A DNA stretch of 64,000 nt from positions 567,209-631,208 of the forward strand of contig PTET01000001.1 in NCBI GenBank assembly GCA_004359435.1, given 5' to 3'. The DNA comes from Flavobacteriaceae bacterium. GTDB lineage: Bacteria; Bacteroidota; Bacteroidia; Flavobacteriales; Weeksellaceae. This document shows positions 8,376 to 18,657 of this stretch, in pieces; position 1 is the stretch's first letter; every line of letters starts with the position of its first letter. Position numbers and translations under genes: made by a program. The notes under the pieces are model-generated. The model was not told where the DNA came from. It saw only the letters and a list, made by a program, of their open reading frames with translations, and ran no database searches.

Positions 8376-11300
8376 ATGACAAAAATACTGTTAATTTCAG
8401 ACACCCACAGCTATATGGACCAAAGAATTCTTCATTTTGCTTCTGGGGTAGATGAACTTTGGCATGGGGGAGATATTGGCAGTCTAGATGTAATGGAGCA
8501 GCTAGAAAAAACGGTAAAGGTTCGGGCGGTTTACGGGAACATAGACGATCAAAAATGCAGAAATATATATCCCGAAAATCAAATTTTCACCCTTGAAGGC
8601 GTAAAAGTTTTCATGACCCATATCGCGGGATCGCCTCCCAAATATTCGGCCCGAGTGAAAGAAATAATACAAGAGGTTGAAAATCAATCTATCGGTGGAT
8701 TGATTTTTATGCAAAACAGTGCGCAAAAACAAATCGCACTCACCAATAGATACCAAAGTTTAGCCAAGGTACCGCTTCTTATTGGGATGGATGCCGAATG
8801 GGATTTGGCCATGAGGTTAGAAAATACACACAAGTTTCCTTGGGCGATGACCATGGGTGCACTTTCAGATGAAGATTTGGTGTATCAAGTAGGTGAGCGA
8901 ATTGCCAGCCACGCCAAAAGAATTGGCGTTCACATGAATTTTGGCCCAGTGGTGGACATCAATGTGAATCCTAGCAATCCCATTATCGGAAATCGATCTT
9001 TTGGATCTAACAGAGAAAATGTATCTCACAAAGCGGTAGCTTATGCCCGTGGAATGCAAGATCAGTATGTGCTAGGTTCGGCCAAACATTTTCCTGGACA
9101 TGGAGACACAAGCCAAGATTCACACAAGACCCTTCCTACTATTACCCACGATTTGGCTCAGCTCGATAGTCTAGATTTGTATCCTTTCAAAAGGCTTATT
9201 GACGCCAAAGTGGCTTCAATTATGGTGGCGCATTTGAATGTTCCCGCTTTGGAGCCAAACGCAACTTTACCATCTTCTCTTTCTAAAAAGATTATAACAG
9301 ATCTTTTGAAAAATAAGCTTGGATACAAAGGGCTTATTATTACAGATGCGCTTAACATGCAAGGAGTAGCCGCTGCATATGCGCCAGGAGAAGTAGATTT
9401 AAAAGCTTTTGAAGCCGGAAACGACATTTTGCTTTTTTCTCAAGCTGTAGAAACTGGGAAGTCAAAAATTAAGCAAGCCTTAGAAAATGGAACCCTTAGC
9501 CAAGAAAGATTAGAGGAAAGTGTTCGAAAAATATTAAACGCAAAATATTATGCAGGTTTAAATAAAAAGCAGGTTTTGTCTGACGCTGGACTTTACCAAG
9601 ACCTAAATGATGCCAAAAGTTCGGCTTTAAATCAAGCCATTTTTGAGCAGGCAATTACCCTTGTGAAAAATCAGGACAATATGCTTCCCATCCAAAACAT
9701 CAAAGACAAAACTTTTGCCTTTGTTGCTTTGGAAGAGTCAGATTCGGATACCTTTTATACTTATTTGAAAAAATACACCAAAGTAGATCTAGTAGCGGTA
9801 AATACTTTGGCAGATGTAGCCAAATTGAAGTCTTACGATTATGTGATTGTTGGGGTTCATAAATCTACCGAAAGCCCTTATAAAAGTTATAAAATCTCTG
9901 AATCTTCTCAGGCTTTAATCGAAAAAATAAGCAGTCAAAACAGCACCATTGTGGCACTTTTTACAAGCGCGTATGGGCTCAAAACTTTGCCTGACCAAAA
10001 AGTAAAATCAATCCTTGTGGGGTATCAAAACAGCCAAGAAGCTCAAAAAGCCATGCCTCAAATTATTTTTGGTGCTCTAGAGTCTAAAGGACATTTGCCT
10101 GTTGATGTGAATGAAAAGTACAAGTATTCGGATGGGATACAGACGCCTTCTTTGGGTAGACTTTCTTATACCCATCCACACAACGCAGGGATGAGTCAAA
10201 TGGAACTAGACAAAATAAAAGGCATTGCAGAGGGAGCCATCGACCTAGGGGCAACTCCCGGAATGCAGGTTTTGGTAGCCAAAGATGGGAGAGTAGTCTT
10301 TGATGAATCTTTCGGGTATCAATCAAACCTAAAAGAAAAAAAAGTAGACTGGGAAGATATTTATGATGTGGCTTCCATCACCAAAATCATTGCCACTTTG
10401 CCCCTGATTATCAAAAGCGTTGAAAAGGGTGAATTTTCTTTAGACCAAACCCTCTCTAGTTTACTTCCCCAGACTCTTGGTAGCAACAAAGAAAATTTGG
10501 TAATCAAAGACATTCTAACCCATAGGGCTGGGCTTTATCCATGGGTGCCTTTCTACAAAGAAACCATGAATCTAGAAACCAAAGAATATTTTCCAGGGAT
10601 ATACCAAAGTTTTGCCTCAGAAGAATTTCCCACCCAAGTAGCCGAAAATCTATATCTCATAAAAGATTTCGATAAACAGATGTTCCAAATGATTCTTAGC
10701 AAAGAGCAGTGGACAAGTGGAAAATCATACAAATATTCAGACCTTGGATATTATTTTTTTAATCAATATTACAAGGATTCTACAGGAAAGAATCTCGATG
10801 AGCTAACCTCGGAGTTTCTTTACAAACCACTAGGCGCCACTACCACAGGTTATTTACCCTTAAGTAGATTTGATAAAGAACAAATTATCCCCACCGAAGA
10901 CGATAGACTTTTTAGAAAGCAACTTGTCCATGGGTTTGTTCACGATCAAGGTGCTGCCATGCTAGGGGGAGTAGCCGGCCATGCGGGTGTTTTTTCCAAT
11001 GCTAACGATCTGGCCAAAATTATGCAGATGTATCTAAATGGAGGATATTATGGAGGAGAGCGTTATCTTTCCAAAGAACTGATCGACCAGTTTTCTTCCT
11101 ATCAATTTAAATCTGAGAACAACCGTAGAGGTATCGGTTTTGATAAACAACTAGGAGATTCGGGTTCTGCTTGCAAGTGCGTTTCTGAGCTATCTTACGG
11201 ACATACCGGTTTTACAGGAACCATGGCTTGGGTAGATCCTAAAACGGGACTTCTTTATGTGTTTTTATCCAACCGAATCAATCCTTCGGCAGAAAATCAA

Positions 11301-11396
11301 CTGCTCATTTCCAAAGACATCAGAGAGAAAATTCAAAAGGTGATTTATGATGCAATCTTACCTAAAGGGGAAGAAAAACCCTATACCCGAGCATGA
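8376..11396 (+). CDS. chimeric ORF: truncated YfcE-type metallophosphoesterase (first ~100 aa) fused in frame to a GH3 (NagZ-like) / serine beta-lactamase-fold hydrolase
   Basis: The N-terminus has LLISDTHS, WHGGD and GNID metallophosphoesterase motifs, but the GHSH block is missing. From about aa 104 onward: GH3 blocks IGGLIFMQ, LLIGMDAEW and KHFPGHGDT. C-terminal half: SITK, YSD and HTGFTG (class C/PBP-like). ATG at 8376 (TTG at 8373). Confidence 0.8.
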   Translation: MTKILLISDTHSYMDQRILHFASGVDELWHGGDIGSLDVMEQLEKTVKVRAVYGNIDDQKCRNIYPENQIFTLEGVKVFMTHIAGSPPKYSARVKEIIQEVENQSIGGLIFMQNSAQKQIALTNRYQSLAKVPLLIGMDAEWDLAMRLENTHKFPWAMTMGALSDEDLVYQVGERIASHAKRIGVHMNFGPVVDINVNPSNPIIGNRSFGSNRENVSHKAVAYARGMQDQYVLGSAKHFPGHGDTSQDSHKTLPTITHDLAQLDSLDLYPFKRLIDAKVASIMVAHLNVPALEPNATLPSSLSKKIITDLLKNKLGYKGLIITDALNMQGVAAAYAPGEVDLKAFEAGNDILLFSQAVETGKSKIKQALENGTLSQERLEESVRKILNAKYYAGLNKKQVLSDAGLYQDLNDAKSSALNQAIFEQAITLVKNQDNMLPIQNIKDKTFAFVALEESDSDTFYTYLKKYTKVDLVAVNTLADVAKLKSYDYVIVGVHKSTESPYKSYKISESSQALIEKISSQNSTIVALFTSAYGLKTLPDQKVKSILVGYQNSQEAQKAMPQIIFGALESKGHLPVDVNEKYKYSDGIQTPSLGRLSYTHPHNAGMSQMELDKIKGIAEGAIDLGATPGMQVLVAKDGRVVFDESFGYQSNLKEKKVDWEDIYDVASITKIIATLPLIIKSVEKGEFSLDQTLSSLLPQTLGSNKENLVIKDILTHRAGLYPWVPFYKETMNLETKEYFPGIYQSFASEEFPTQVAENLYLIKDFDKQMFQMILSKEQWTSGKSYKYSDLGYYFFNQYYKDSTGKNLDELTSEFLYKPLGATTTGYLPLSRFDKEQIIPTEDDRLFRKQLVHGFVHDQGAAMLGGVAGHAGVFSNANDLAKIMQMYLNGGYYGGERYLSKELIDQFSSYQFKSENNRRGIGFDKQLGDSGSACKCVSELSYGHTGFTGTMAWVDPKTGLLYVFLSNRINPSAENQLLISKDIREKIQKVIYDAILPKGEEKPYTRA

Positions 11397-12520
11397 AAAT
11401 AGGTATTGTTTGTTATCCAACTTATGGAGGGAGTGGAATTATAGCCACCGAGCTTGGGATGATGTTGGCCAAAAAAGGGCATCAAATTCATTTTATCAGC
11501 TATAGTTTACCCGCCAGATTAGACATCACTCTTCCAAACATTGTTTTTCATCAGGTTAATGTGAAAACTTATCCGCTTTTTGAGTCGTATCAGCCCTATT
11601 CATTAGCACTTTCGACATTAATGGTAGAAATTATTCGGAACCATCGTTTGGATGTTTTGCATGTGCATTATGCCATTCCCCATGCCTATGCGGCGTATTT
11701 TGCCAAGCAGATTCTAAAAGAAGAAAACATAGACATCAAAGTAATAACCACCCTTCACGGGACAGACATCACCCTAGTGGGACAAAATCCTGTATATAAA
11801 TCTGCCGTAGAATTTAGCATCAATCAGTCTGATGCAGTAACTACGGTTTCCCAGAGTTTAAAAGATGATACCTTAGAGGTTTTTGACATCAAAAAAGAAA
11901 TTCAAGTGATTCCTAACTTTATAGACAATAACCTTTTTGTACACAAAGAAGGCCCTTGTCCAAGGAATAATTTTGCCTTGCCAGAGGATAAGATTCTCAT
12001 CCATGTATCCAACATTCGAAAGGTAAAAAGAATTCAGGATGTCATTTCTGTTTTCGATAAAGTACAGAAAGAAGTTCCCGCTAAACTTCTGATTGTAGGA
12101 GAAGGTCCAGAGGCAGAAAATTTGCAGCAACAGGTTAGAGACCTCCACCTAGAAGATAAGGTGAAATTTATGGGGAAAATCAACCAGCTTCATAGTATTT
12201 TGTGCGTTTCGGATGTGTTTTTGCTTCCTTCCCAAGAAGAAAGTTTTGGTCTTGCTGCCCTTGAGGCAATGGCGGCGAGTGTTCCAGTTGTTTCATCTAA
12301 TGCTGGAGGAATTACAGAAGTAAACCTAGATGGAGAAACCGGTTTTGTGTCAAATGTAGGGGATGTAGAAAAAATGGCCTCTGACGTCCTTTCTTTGCTT
12401 AAAGATCCAGAGAAATTAGCCCAGTTTAAAATCAATGCCCAAAAAAGAGCCTTAGAGTTTGATAAATCTAAAGTAATTCCACTTTACGAAGAACTGTATC
12501 AGTCTGTAATTGAGAAATAA
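11393..12520 (+). CDS. bshA: N-acetyl-alpha-D-glucosaminyl L-malate synthase (GT4, bacillithiol biosynthesis)
   Basis: KIGIVCYPTYGGSGIIATELG N-terminus and the EESFGLAALEAMA GT4 motif. ATGA overlap with the upstream gene. Confidence 0.8.
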   Translation: MKIGIVCYPTYGGSGIIATELGMMLAKKGHQIHFISYSLPARLDITLPNIVFHQVNVKTYPLFESYQPYSLALSTLMVEIIRNHRLDVLHVHYAIPHAYAAYFAKQILKEENIDIKVITTLHGTDITLVGQNPVYKSAVEFSINQSDAVTTVSQSLKDDTLEVFDIKKEIQVIPNFIDNNLFVHKEGPCPRNNFALPEDKILIHVSNIRKVKRIQDVISVFDKVQKEVPAKLLIVGEGPEAENLQQQVRDLHLEDKVKFMGKINQLHSILCVSDVFLLPSQEESFGLAALEAMAASVPVVSSNAGGITEVNLDGETGFVSNVGDVEKMASDVLSLLKDPEKLAQFKINAQKRALEFDKSKVIPLYEELYQSVIEK

Positions 12521-13078
12521 ATGAATAGTAAAAATAAAGTATTTAAGTATAATCATCAATCAGAAGTTACCCTTGCAGAACTTATGGTGCCTTCTAATGC
12601 AAATTTTAGTGGTAAAATCCATGGAGGATACATTTTGTCTTTGATGGACAAAGTGGCTTATGCGAGCGCTTGCAAGCACTCAGAGAGATACTGCGTTACC
12701 GCCAACATTGGAGGGGTAGATTTTTTAAACCCAGTTGAAGTTGGCGAGCTATTAACCCTTAGAGCCAAAGTGAATTATGTGGGAACTTCCTCTATGGTGG
12801 TAGGTATTCGGGTGGAGTCTCAAAACATTGTAACTGGAGTCTCAAAACATTGTAATTCTTCCTTTTTTACCATGGTTGCTGTTGGAGAAGACGGAGAAAA
12901 AGTAAAAGTACCTGGACTTATCTTAGATAGCGAAGAAGATATTCGAAGGTTTGCAAGAAGCAAAACCAGAATAGAACAAAAGCAAAGTCGAAAGAAAGAA
13001 TACGATGACAATTCATTCAGTATAGAAGACCATTTGGCCGAATTGCAAGATCAAAATGTCATAATCGAACTGCTTTAA
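12521..13078 (+). CDS. acyl-CoA thioesterase (hotdog fold, YciA/BFIT-like)
   Basis: ELMVPSNANFSGKIHGGYILSLMD block; 185 aa. Confidence 0.8.
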   Translation: MNSKNKVFKYNHQSEVTLAELMVPSNANFSGKIHGGYILSLMDKVAYASACKHSERYCVTANIGGVDFLNPVEVGELLTLRAKVNYVGTSSMVVGIRVESQNIVTGVSKHCNSSFFTMVAVGEDGEKVKVPGLILDSEEDIRRFARSKTRIEQKQSRKKEYDDNSFSIEDHLAELQDQNVIIELL

Positions 13079-13231
13079 GTCACTTGGCACAGCTTTTGAA
13101 ATATATCTAAACCTAATTGCCCATTTTGATTTTTACAAACACAAAAGGTTTGTAAAAGTCTTTGTTTGTCTTGATTCCAAACTTTGTTAAGCTAGAAAGT
13201 CTCAAACAATGGGTTTTATAAAAGAATAAAA

Positions 13232-15576
13232 ATGTCTATACAATTTGACAAAATGTCACTTACCCATCCTTTGGATTCCGAAGCGGAATACATCCCTCTT
13301 ATGAACAAAGAAGAAGAAGACAAACTAATGGAATCTTCCATAGAAGAAGAACTTCCCATTTTGCCTCTTAAAAACATGGTTTTGTTTCCAGGGGTTGTTA
13401 TACCCATTACCGCCAGCAGAGATAGCTCAATTGAGCTATTAAAAGATGCCTATAAAAAGGACAAAACCATTGGTGTGGTGGCTCAAAAAGATCTCAGTAA
13501 GGTAGATTTGAATCCCGAAGATTTGTACGCAATTGGAACGGTGGGTAAAATCTTAAAAATGCTTAAAATGCCCGATGGCAATACTACGGTAATCATTCAG
13601 GGTTCTAGAAGGTTTTCTTGGGACAGCATGGAACAAACAGAGCCCTATTTTAAGGCAAAGGTAAAGGTGGTAGATGAGGTTAAGCTTCCAGATGAAGATC
13701 CTAACTACCAAGCTATTATAGAGTCTGTAAAAGAAGTGTCTATCAAAATTATCAATGAAAATCCTTCGATTCCCTCCGAGGCGGTTTTTGCATTAAAAAA
13801 CATAGAAACGCCTTCTTTTTTGGTGAATTTCGTGGCTTCTAATCTCAATCTTCCTGTGGTTGAAAAACAACGAAGAAGGCAGCCGAAACTTTTTCCAAAG
13901 AAGTAGGAAGGCTCCAAAGAATGAGTACCCAATCGCCCGAATATAGTATTCAGAGAAACTATCTGGATTTCTTTTTGTCTCTTCCTTGGAAAAACTATTC
14001 CAAAGATTTGTTCGATTTAAAACGCGCTCAAAAAATCTTAGACAAAGATCATTTTGGACTTGAAGACATCAAAGAAAGAATTATTGAACAGTTGGCGGTG
14101 CTTAAGCTCAAGCAAAACATGAAGGCGCCCATTATGTGTTTGTATGGACCTCCGGGAGTTGGGAAAACTTCCCTTGGGAAATCCATCGCAAAATCACTGG
14201 GCAGAGAATATATCCGTGTTTCTCTGGGTGGACTTCATGATGAGTCTGAAATTAGAGGACACAGAAAAACCTATATAGGGGCCATGGCAGGACGAATTTT
14301 GCAGTCCATGAAAAAAGCCAAAACTTCTAATCCGGTTTTTGTTTTGGATGAAATAGACAAAATGTCAACCAGCGGACATGGAGATCCTTCGTCTGCACTT
14401 TTGGAAGTATTGGATCCGGCACAAAACAAGTCTTTCTATGACAATTATTTGGAAATGGGCTATGATTTATCCAAAGTGATGTTTATTGCAACGGCCAACA
14501 GTTTGGCTCCCATTCAGTATGCGCTTTTAGACAGAATGGAACTGATCAATGTCTCCGGATACACCCTAAACGAAAAGGTAGAAATCGCCAAAAAGCATCT
14601 ACTTCCAAAACTTTTAAAACAACACGGACTAACCAGTGAAAATTTCTACATCGGTAGAAAACAGCTCACACATCTAGTGGAACAATACACCAGAGAATCT
14701 GGGGTTAGAGGTCTAGAAAAGCAGATTTCTAAACTCATTCGAAACACAGCCAAAGCCATTGTTTTAGAGAAAGAGGTGACCCCTAAGATGAGTATCAAGA
14801 AAATGAAAGAAATTCTTGGTAGACCTAGAACCATTTCTAAGTTCGAGAACAACAACATCCCAGGAATTGTTACAGGTCTGGCTTGGACCAGTCTTGGTGG
14901 GGATATTTTGTTTATCGAAACCTTAATTTCTGCTGGAAAAGGAAGTATTACCACCACAGGAAACATGGGTCTTGTGATGAAAGAATCCATCACCCTAGCC
15001 TGGGAATATATGCAAGCCCATCACAAAAAATGGAACATAGACCCATCGGTTTTTACCAAGTGGGATATCCATATTCATATTCCAGCAGGATCTACGCCCA
15101 AAGATGGACCTTCGGCGGGTATTGCCATGTTAACGGCTATGGCTTCAAATTTTACCCAAAGAAAGGTAAAGGCCAATTTGGCAATGACAGGTGAAATTAC
15201 TCTTCGCGGAAAGGTACTTCCGGTTGGAGGAATCAAAGAGAAGGTGCTTGCTGCATCCAGAGCCAACATCACCGAAATTATTCTTTGTGAGGAAAATCGT
15301 CAGGACATTGAAAAAATAAAAAAAGAAGATATTGCTTCTATCAAATTTCATTACGTGAAGACCATGGATGAGGTTCTTCAAATTGCCTTAACCGATGAAC
15401 TTGTAGACAATCCTATCGAATTGACACCCAAAGTTGAGCCAAAGCCCGAAGTTAAAACAGAGGTAAAGTCTGGGGAGTCTAAAACAGAGCCTAAGGCCTC
15501 AGAAGTAGAAGACAAAAAGGTTGAACCCAAAGTGGTAAACAAACCCGTTTTGAAATCTGGAGCAAAGAAAAAATAG
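13232..15576 (+). pseudogene. lon: ATP-dependent Lon protease, split by an out-of-frame internal deletion (ORFs 13232-13906 and ~13864-15576)
   Basis: The Lon N-domain ORF ends ...NLPVVEKQ followed by a frameshifted tail. Frame 1 resumes [32 protein letters not shown]. Walker [10 protein letters not shown], catalytic PKDGPSAG and GGIKEKV are all present. Confidence 0.85.
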
Positions 15577-15618
15577 GAGTCTTTCTATTGCAAAACTTTA
15601 TAAAAAAGTATAAAACAA

Positions 15619-15655
15619 CAAAAAGCCGCTTCAAATTTGAAGCGGCTTTTTGTTT
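15619..15655. terminator. bidirectional rho-independent terminator between lon and the DEAD-box helicase
   Basis: AAAAGCCGCTTC (15621-15632) / GAAGCGGCTTTT (15639-15650), a perfect 12-bp stem flanked by A- and T-runs. Confidence 0.85.
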
Positions 15656-15688
15656 GTCGTTTAGATTAGAAATGGTACAAGTAGTGAA

Positions 15689-17491
15689 TTACTTTCGGAT
15701 TCTTCTTCTACCAGATCCAGCGCTTCCGTATTTATCTGAGCCGCCTCTTTCTCTGGAGGCTTCACCATAACTGCTTTTGGGTTTGTTTTTGGAAAATCCA
15801 CCTCTTGAGGTTCTATCTTGGGAAGACTTAAAATCTTTACCGCCAAAAGAATCGTTTCTTCTAGAACGATTTTTCTCTTTGCCAGAAGATTCTGTTTTTT
15901 TCTTTTTGGTCTCTTCAACATTTAGGGTTTGTCCTTTGAAGCTTTCTCCAGAAAGATTTTTGATAATTTCTTCTTTGTAGCCCGATTCAACTTCGAAGAA
16001 AGAGAAAGATTTCATGATTTCGATTTCTCCAATGTCCAGTTTTTTTCCACCCATGCTGTCGTTAATCAGTCCAATGATGTTGGTGGGAGAAATACCTTCA
16101 ATTGATCCTACATTTAAAAAGAATCTATCAAAATCGCCTCTGTTTCTGCTTTGAGAATCTCTCTTTTCGCTAGAAGGGTTGAGGTCTTTGGTTTTAGAAT
16201 AGTAGGTTAGGAATTTGGTAAATTCAATAGAAACCATTTTTTTGAGCAACTCTTCTTTGCTCATGTCTTCTAATCTCTGGTTGATTTCTTCCATGAAAGG
16301 TTCGATCTGAGGATCGATTTCAATGGCCTGAATCTTATCGATCAAAGTTAGAAGTTGTCTTTGGCAAACTTCTTCTCCTGTTGGGATGGCAACCTGCTCG
16401 ATGGTTTTTGAGATGATTTTTTCAGCCTGTTTAATTTTTCTTTTCTCAGAGGCAGTGATAATGGAGTAACAAATTCCTTTGTTGCTGGCTCTACCGGTTC
16501 TACCACTTCTGTGTACGTAGGTTTCAATTTCGTCAGGAAGGTTGTAGTTGATCACATGGGTTAAAATGTCAACATCAATTCCTCTTGCCGCAACATCAGT
16601 TGCAACCAGAAGTTGTAATTTTTTGGATCGAAACTTCCCCATTACATGATCTCTTTGCGCTTGAGATAGATCTCCGTGCAAGCAATCTATGCTATAACCG
16701 TCTTGGGTTAATTTGTCTGCTAATTCTTGGGTTTCTCTTCTGGTTCTACAGAAAATAATCGCATAGATGTCTGGGTTGAAATCTACCACTCTTTTTAAAA
16801 TAGGGTATCTGCTGTTTCGGTCAGCCAAGAAATATTGATGGGTAACGTTGTCCGAACTTTTGTTTCGGCTTGCGATATGAATCTCTTCTGGAGAATTCAT
16901 ATAAGTATTGGCTATCTTGGTGATGCCAGAGGGAAGGGTTGCCGAAAACAAAAGCGTGGTTCTTTCTTTGGGTGTGGTAGAAAGAATTTCGTCTAAATCA
17001 TCTTTGAAACCCATCGAAAGCATTTCGTCGGCTTCGTCTAAAACGGCCCATCTGATGTTTTCGATTTTGAGTTTTCTTCGGTTGATAAGGTCTAAGGTTC
17101 TCCCTGGGGTTCCTACAACTATTTGTATGCCTTTTCCAAGACCTCTTATTTGGGTGTCTATGGAAGTTCCACCGTATACCGCTAGGGTGTTAATTTTTAA
17201 GTACTTGGAATAATTTACAAGTTCTTTTTCAATTTGAATGCAAAGCTCTCGGGTTGGACAAAGAATAATAGCCTGTACATCTTTTTGGTCTGGGTTAATG
17301 TGGTGTAAAATGGGTAGACCAAAAGCGGCTGTTTTTCCTGTTCCAGTTTGGGCAGTAGCAAGCAAATCACAAGGTTCATCAATGAGTAACGCTAAACTTT
17401 TCTCTTGAATGGGGGTGGGCGTCAGAAAACCTAGTTCTTCTACTGCCCTAACAATTTCGGGATTTAACCCCGAGGATTTAAATGAATTCAT
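15689..17491 (-). CDS. DEAD-box ATP-dependent RNA helicase (DeaD/CsdA-like) with DbpA-type RNA-binding domain and basic RGG-like tail
   Basis: AQTGTGKT, DEAD, SAT and HRSGRTGR motifs. C-terminal G/R/S/K-rich tail. Confidence 0.9.
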   Translation of the reverse strand: MNSFKSSGLNPEIVRAVEELGFLTPTPIQEKSLALLIDEPCDLLATAQTGTGKTAAFGLPILHHINPDQKDVQAIILCPTRELCIQIEKELVNYSKYLKINTLAVYGGTSIDTQIRGLGKGIQIVVGTPGRTLDLINRRKLKIENIRWAVLDEADEMLSMGFKDDLDEILSTTPKERTTLLFSATLPSGITKIANTYMNSPEEIHIASRNKSSDNVTHQYFLADRNSRYPILKRVVDFNPDIYAIIFCRTRRETQELADKLTQDGYSIDCLHGDLSQAQRDHVMGKFRSKKLQLLVATDVAARGIDVDILTHVINYNLPDEIETYVHRSGRTGRASNKGICYSIITASEKRKIKQAEKIISKTIEQVAIPTGEEVCQRQLLTLIDKIQAIEIDPQIEPFMEEINQRLEDMSKEELLKKMVSIEFTKFLTYYSKTKDLNPSSEKRDSQSRNRGDFDRFFLNVGSIEGISPTNIIGLINDSMGGKKLDIGEIEIMKSFSFFEVESGYKEEIIKNLSGESFKGQTLNVEETKKKKTESSGKEKNRSRRNDSFGGKDFKSSQDRTSRGGFSKNKPKSSYGEASRERGGSDKYGSAGSGRRRIRK

Positions 17492-17637
17492 GCTACAAAG
17501 ATACGTCTTTTGTGCATGTGGAGGTAATATTTAAAAGCCAAGGCATGCCAAGGGAATGTTAAGCTTTGTTTTTCAGGCTTTAGATTGGTTCTGTTTTTGT
17601 AGTTTAGCGAGCTTTTTTAATTTTTTCGCTGGAAATT

Positions 17638-18546
17638 ATGTTTAAGTTTTTCGAAAACCATTTTGGGAGTCTGCTTATCTTTTTTGGGATAATAGCTTAT
17701 TTTTTTCCTTTTGTTTTTTCTCCAGCCAAAGATATAGCGGCCGAACTTTTGATGTTTTCACTTTTTTTAAGTGGTTTAAAAATTAAGATAGAAGAATTGG
17801 TTCATCTCAAACAAAACAAAGGTAAAATTGTTTGGTTGTCTTTGGTTTATGTGGTGTTTCTGCCTTTGGCTTTTTATTTGCTTACGTTCTTTTTAGATTA
17901 TCATACCCGTCTTGGTGCTTTCTTGATAGTGGCTACCTCTGGCGCGGTGATGAGTCCGCTACTTGCTAGCTTTTATAGATTAAAAATCCTTTGGACTACT
18001 GCTTTTGTGGTAATTACCGCTTGTATGGTTCCTTTTACCATTCCGTTTTTGGTGAAAAACCTTTTTGACGCCAATTATGAAGTCTCTATGGTAGAATTAT
18101 GTGTATTTCTGGCCAAAATGGTATTTGTTCCTTCGCTATTGGCCTTTTTGGTTCGAAGATATTTCCCAAATTTTGTTCAAAAAGCCCTTCCTTTTACCGG
18201 AGGTATTGGGTCTATGAACATGATACTATTTCTCTCTGTGCTTGTTTCTTCAAACCAAGCTACTATTTCTCAAAATTTGCAAAATCATCAAACGCTTCTC
18301 AAATTGGGTCTTATGTTTTTTGTTTTTTTGTCGCTTTATTTGGTTGGATATTTGGTTCCCGCACAGGACAAAGAAGAAAAATGGACCAATTGTTTGATGT
18401 TTGGAAACATGAACAATGGTCTTGTAGTACTTCTTTCAAGCGAATTTTTTCCTCCCGAAGTTATGTTTATGACCCTTGTTTCTATTGTTCCTTGGTCTTT
18501 TTCTCAGCCTATCTTCAAGTTTGTCTTTCAAAAATACTTTAAGTAA
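17638..18546 (+). CDS. polytopic membrane transporter (bile acid:sodium symporter / SBF-like family, tentative)
   Basis: 302 aa with about 9-10 TM helices. The LMFSLFLSGLKIKIEEL region resembles SBF-family helix 2. Confidence 0.55.
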   Translation: MFKFFENHFGSLLIFFGIIAYFFPFVFSPAKDIAAELLMFSLFLSGLKIKIEELVHLKQNKGKIVWLSLVYVVFLPLAFYLLTFFLDYHTRLGAFLIVATSGAVMSPLLASFYRLKILWTTAFVVITACMVPFTIPFLVKNLFDANYEVSMVELCVFLAKMVFVPSLLAFLVRRYFPNFVQKALPFTGGIGSMNMILFLSVLVSSNQATISQNLQNHQTLLKLGLMFFVFLSLYLVGYLVPAQDKEEKWTNCLMFGNMNNGLVVLLSSEFFPPEVMFMTLVSIVPWSFSQPIFKFVFQKYFK

Positions 18547-18657
18547 AAAAGACGAAAAACACTTAAAATTTTTGGTTTTTCTTAACAAAGTTGGTATATT
18601 TCCTATGGAATTGTATCCAACCAAACCTAGAAATAAATATCAAAAATAAGTAAGGTT

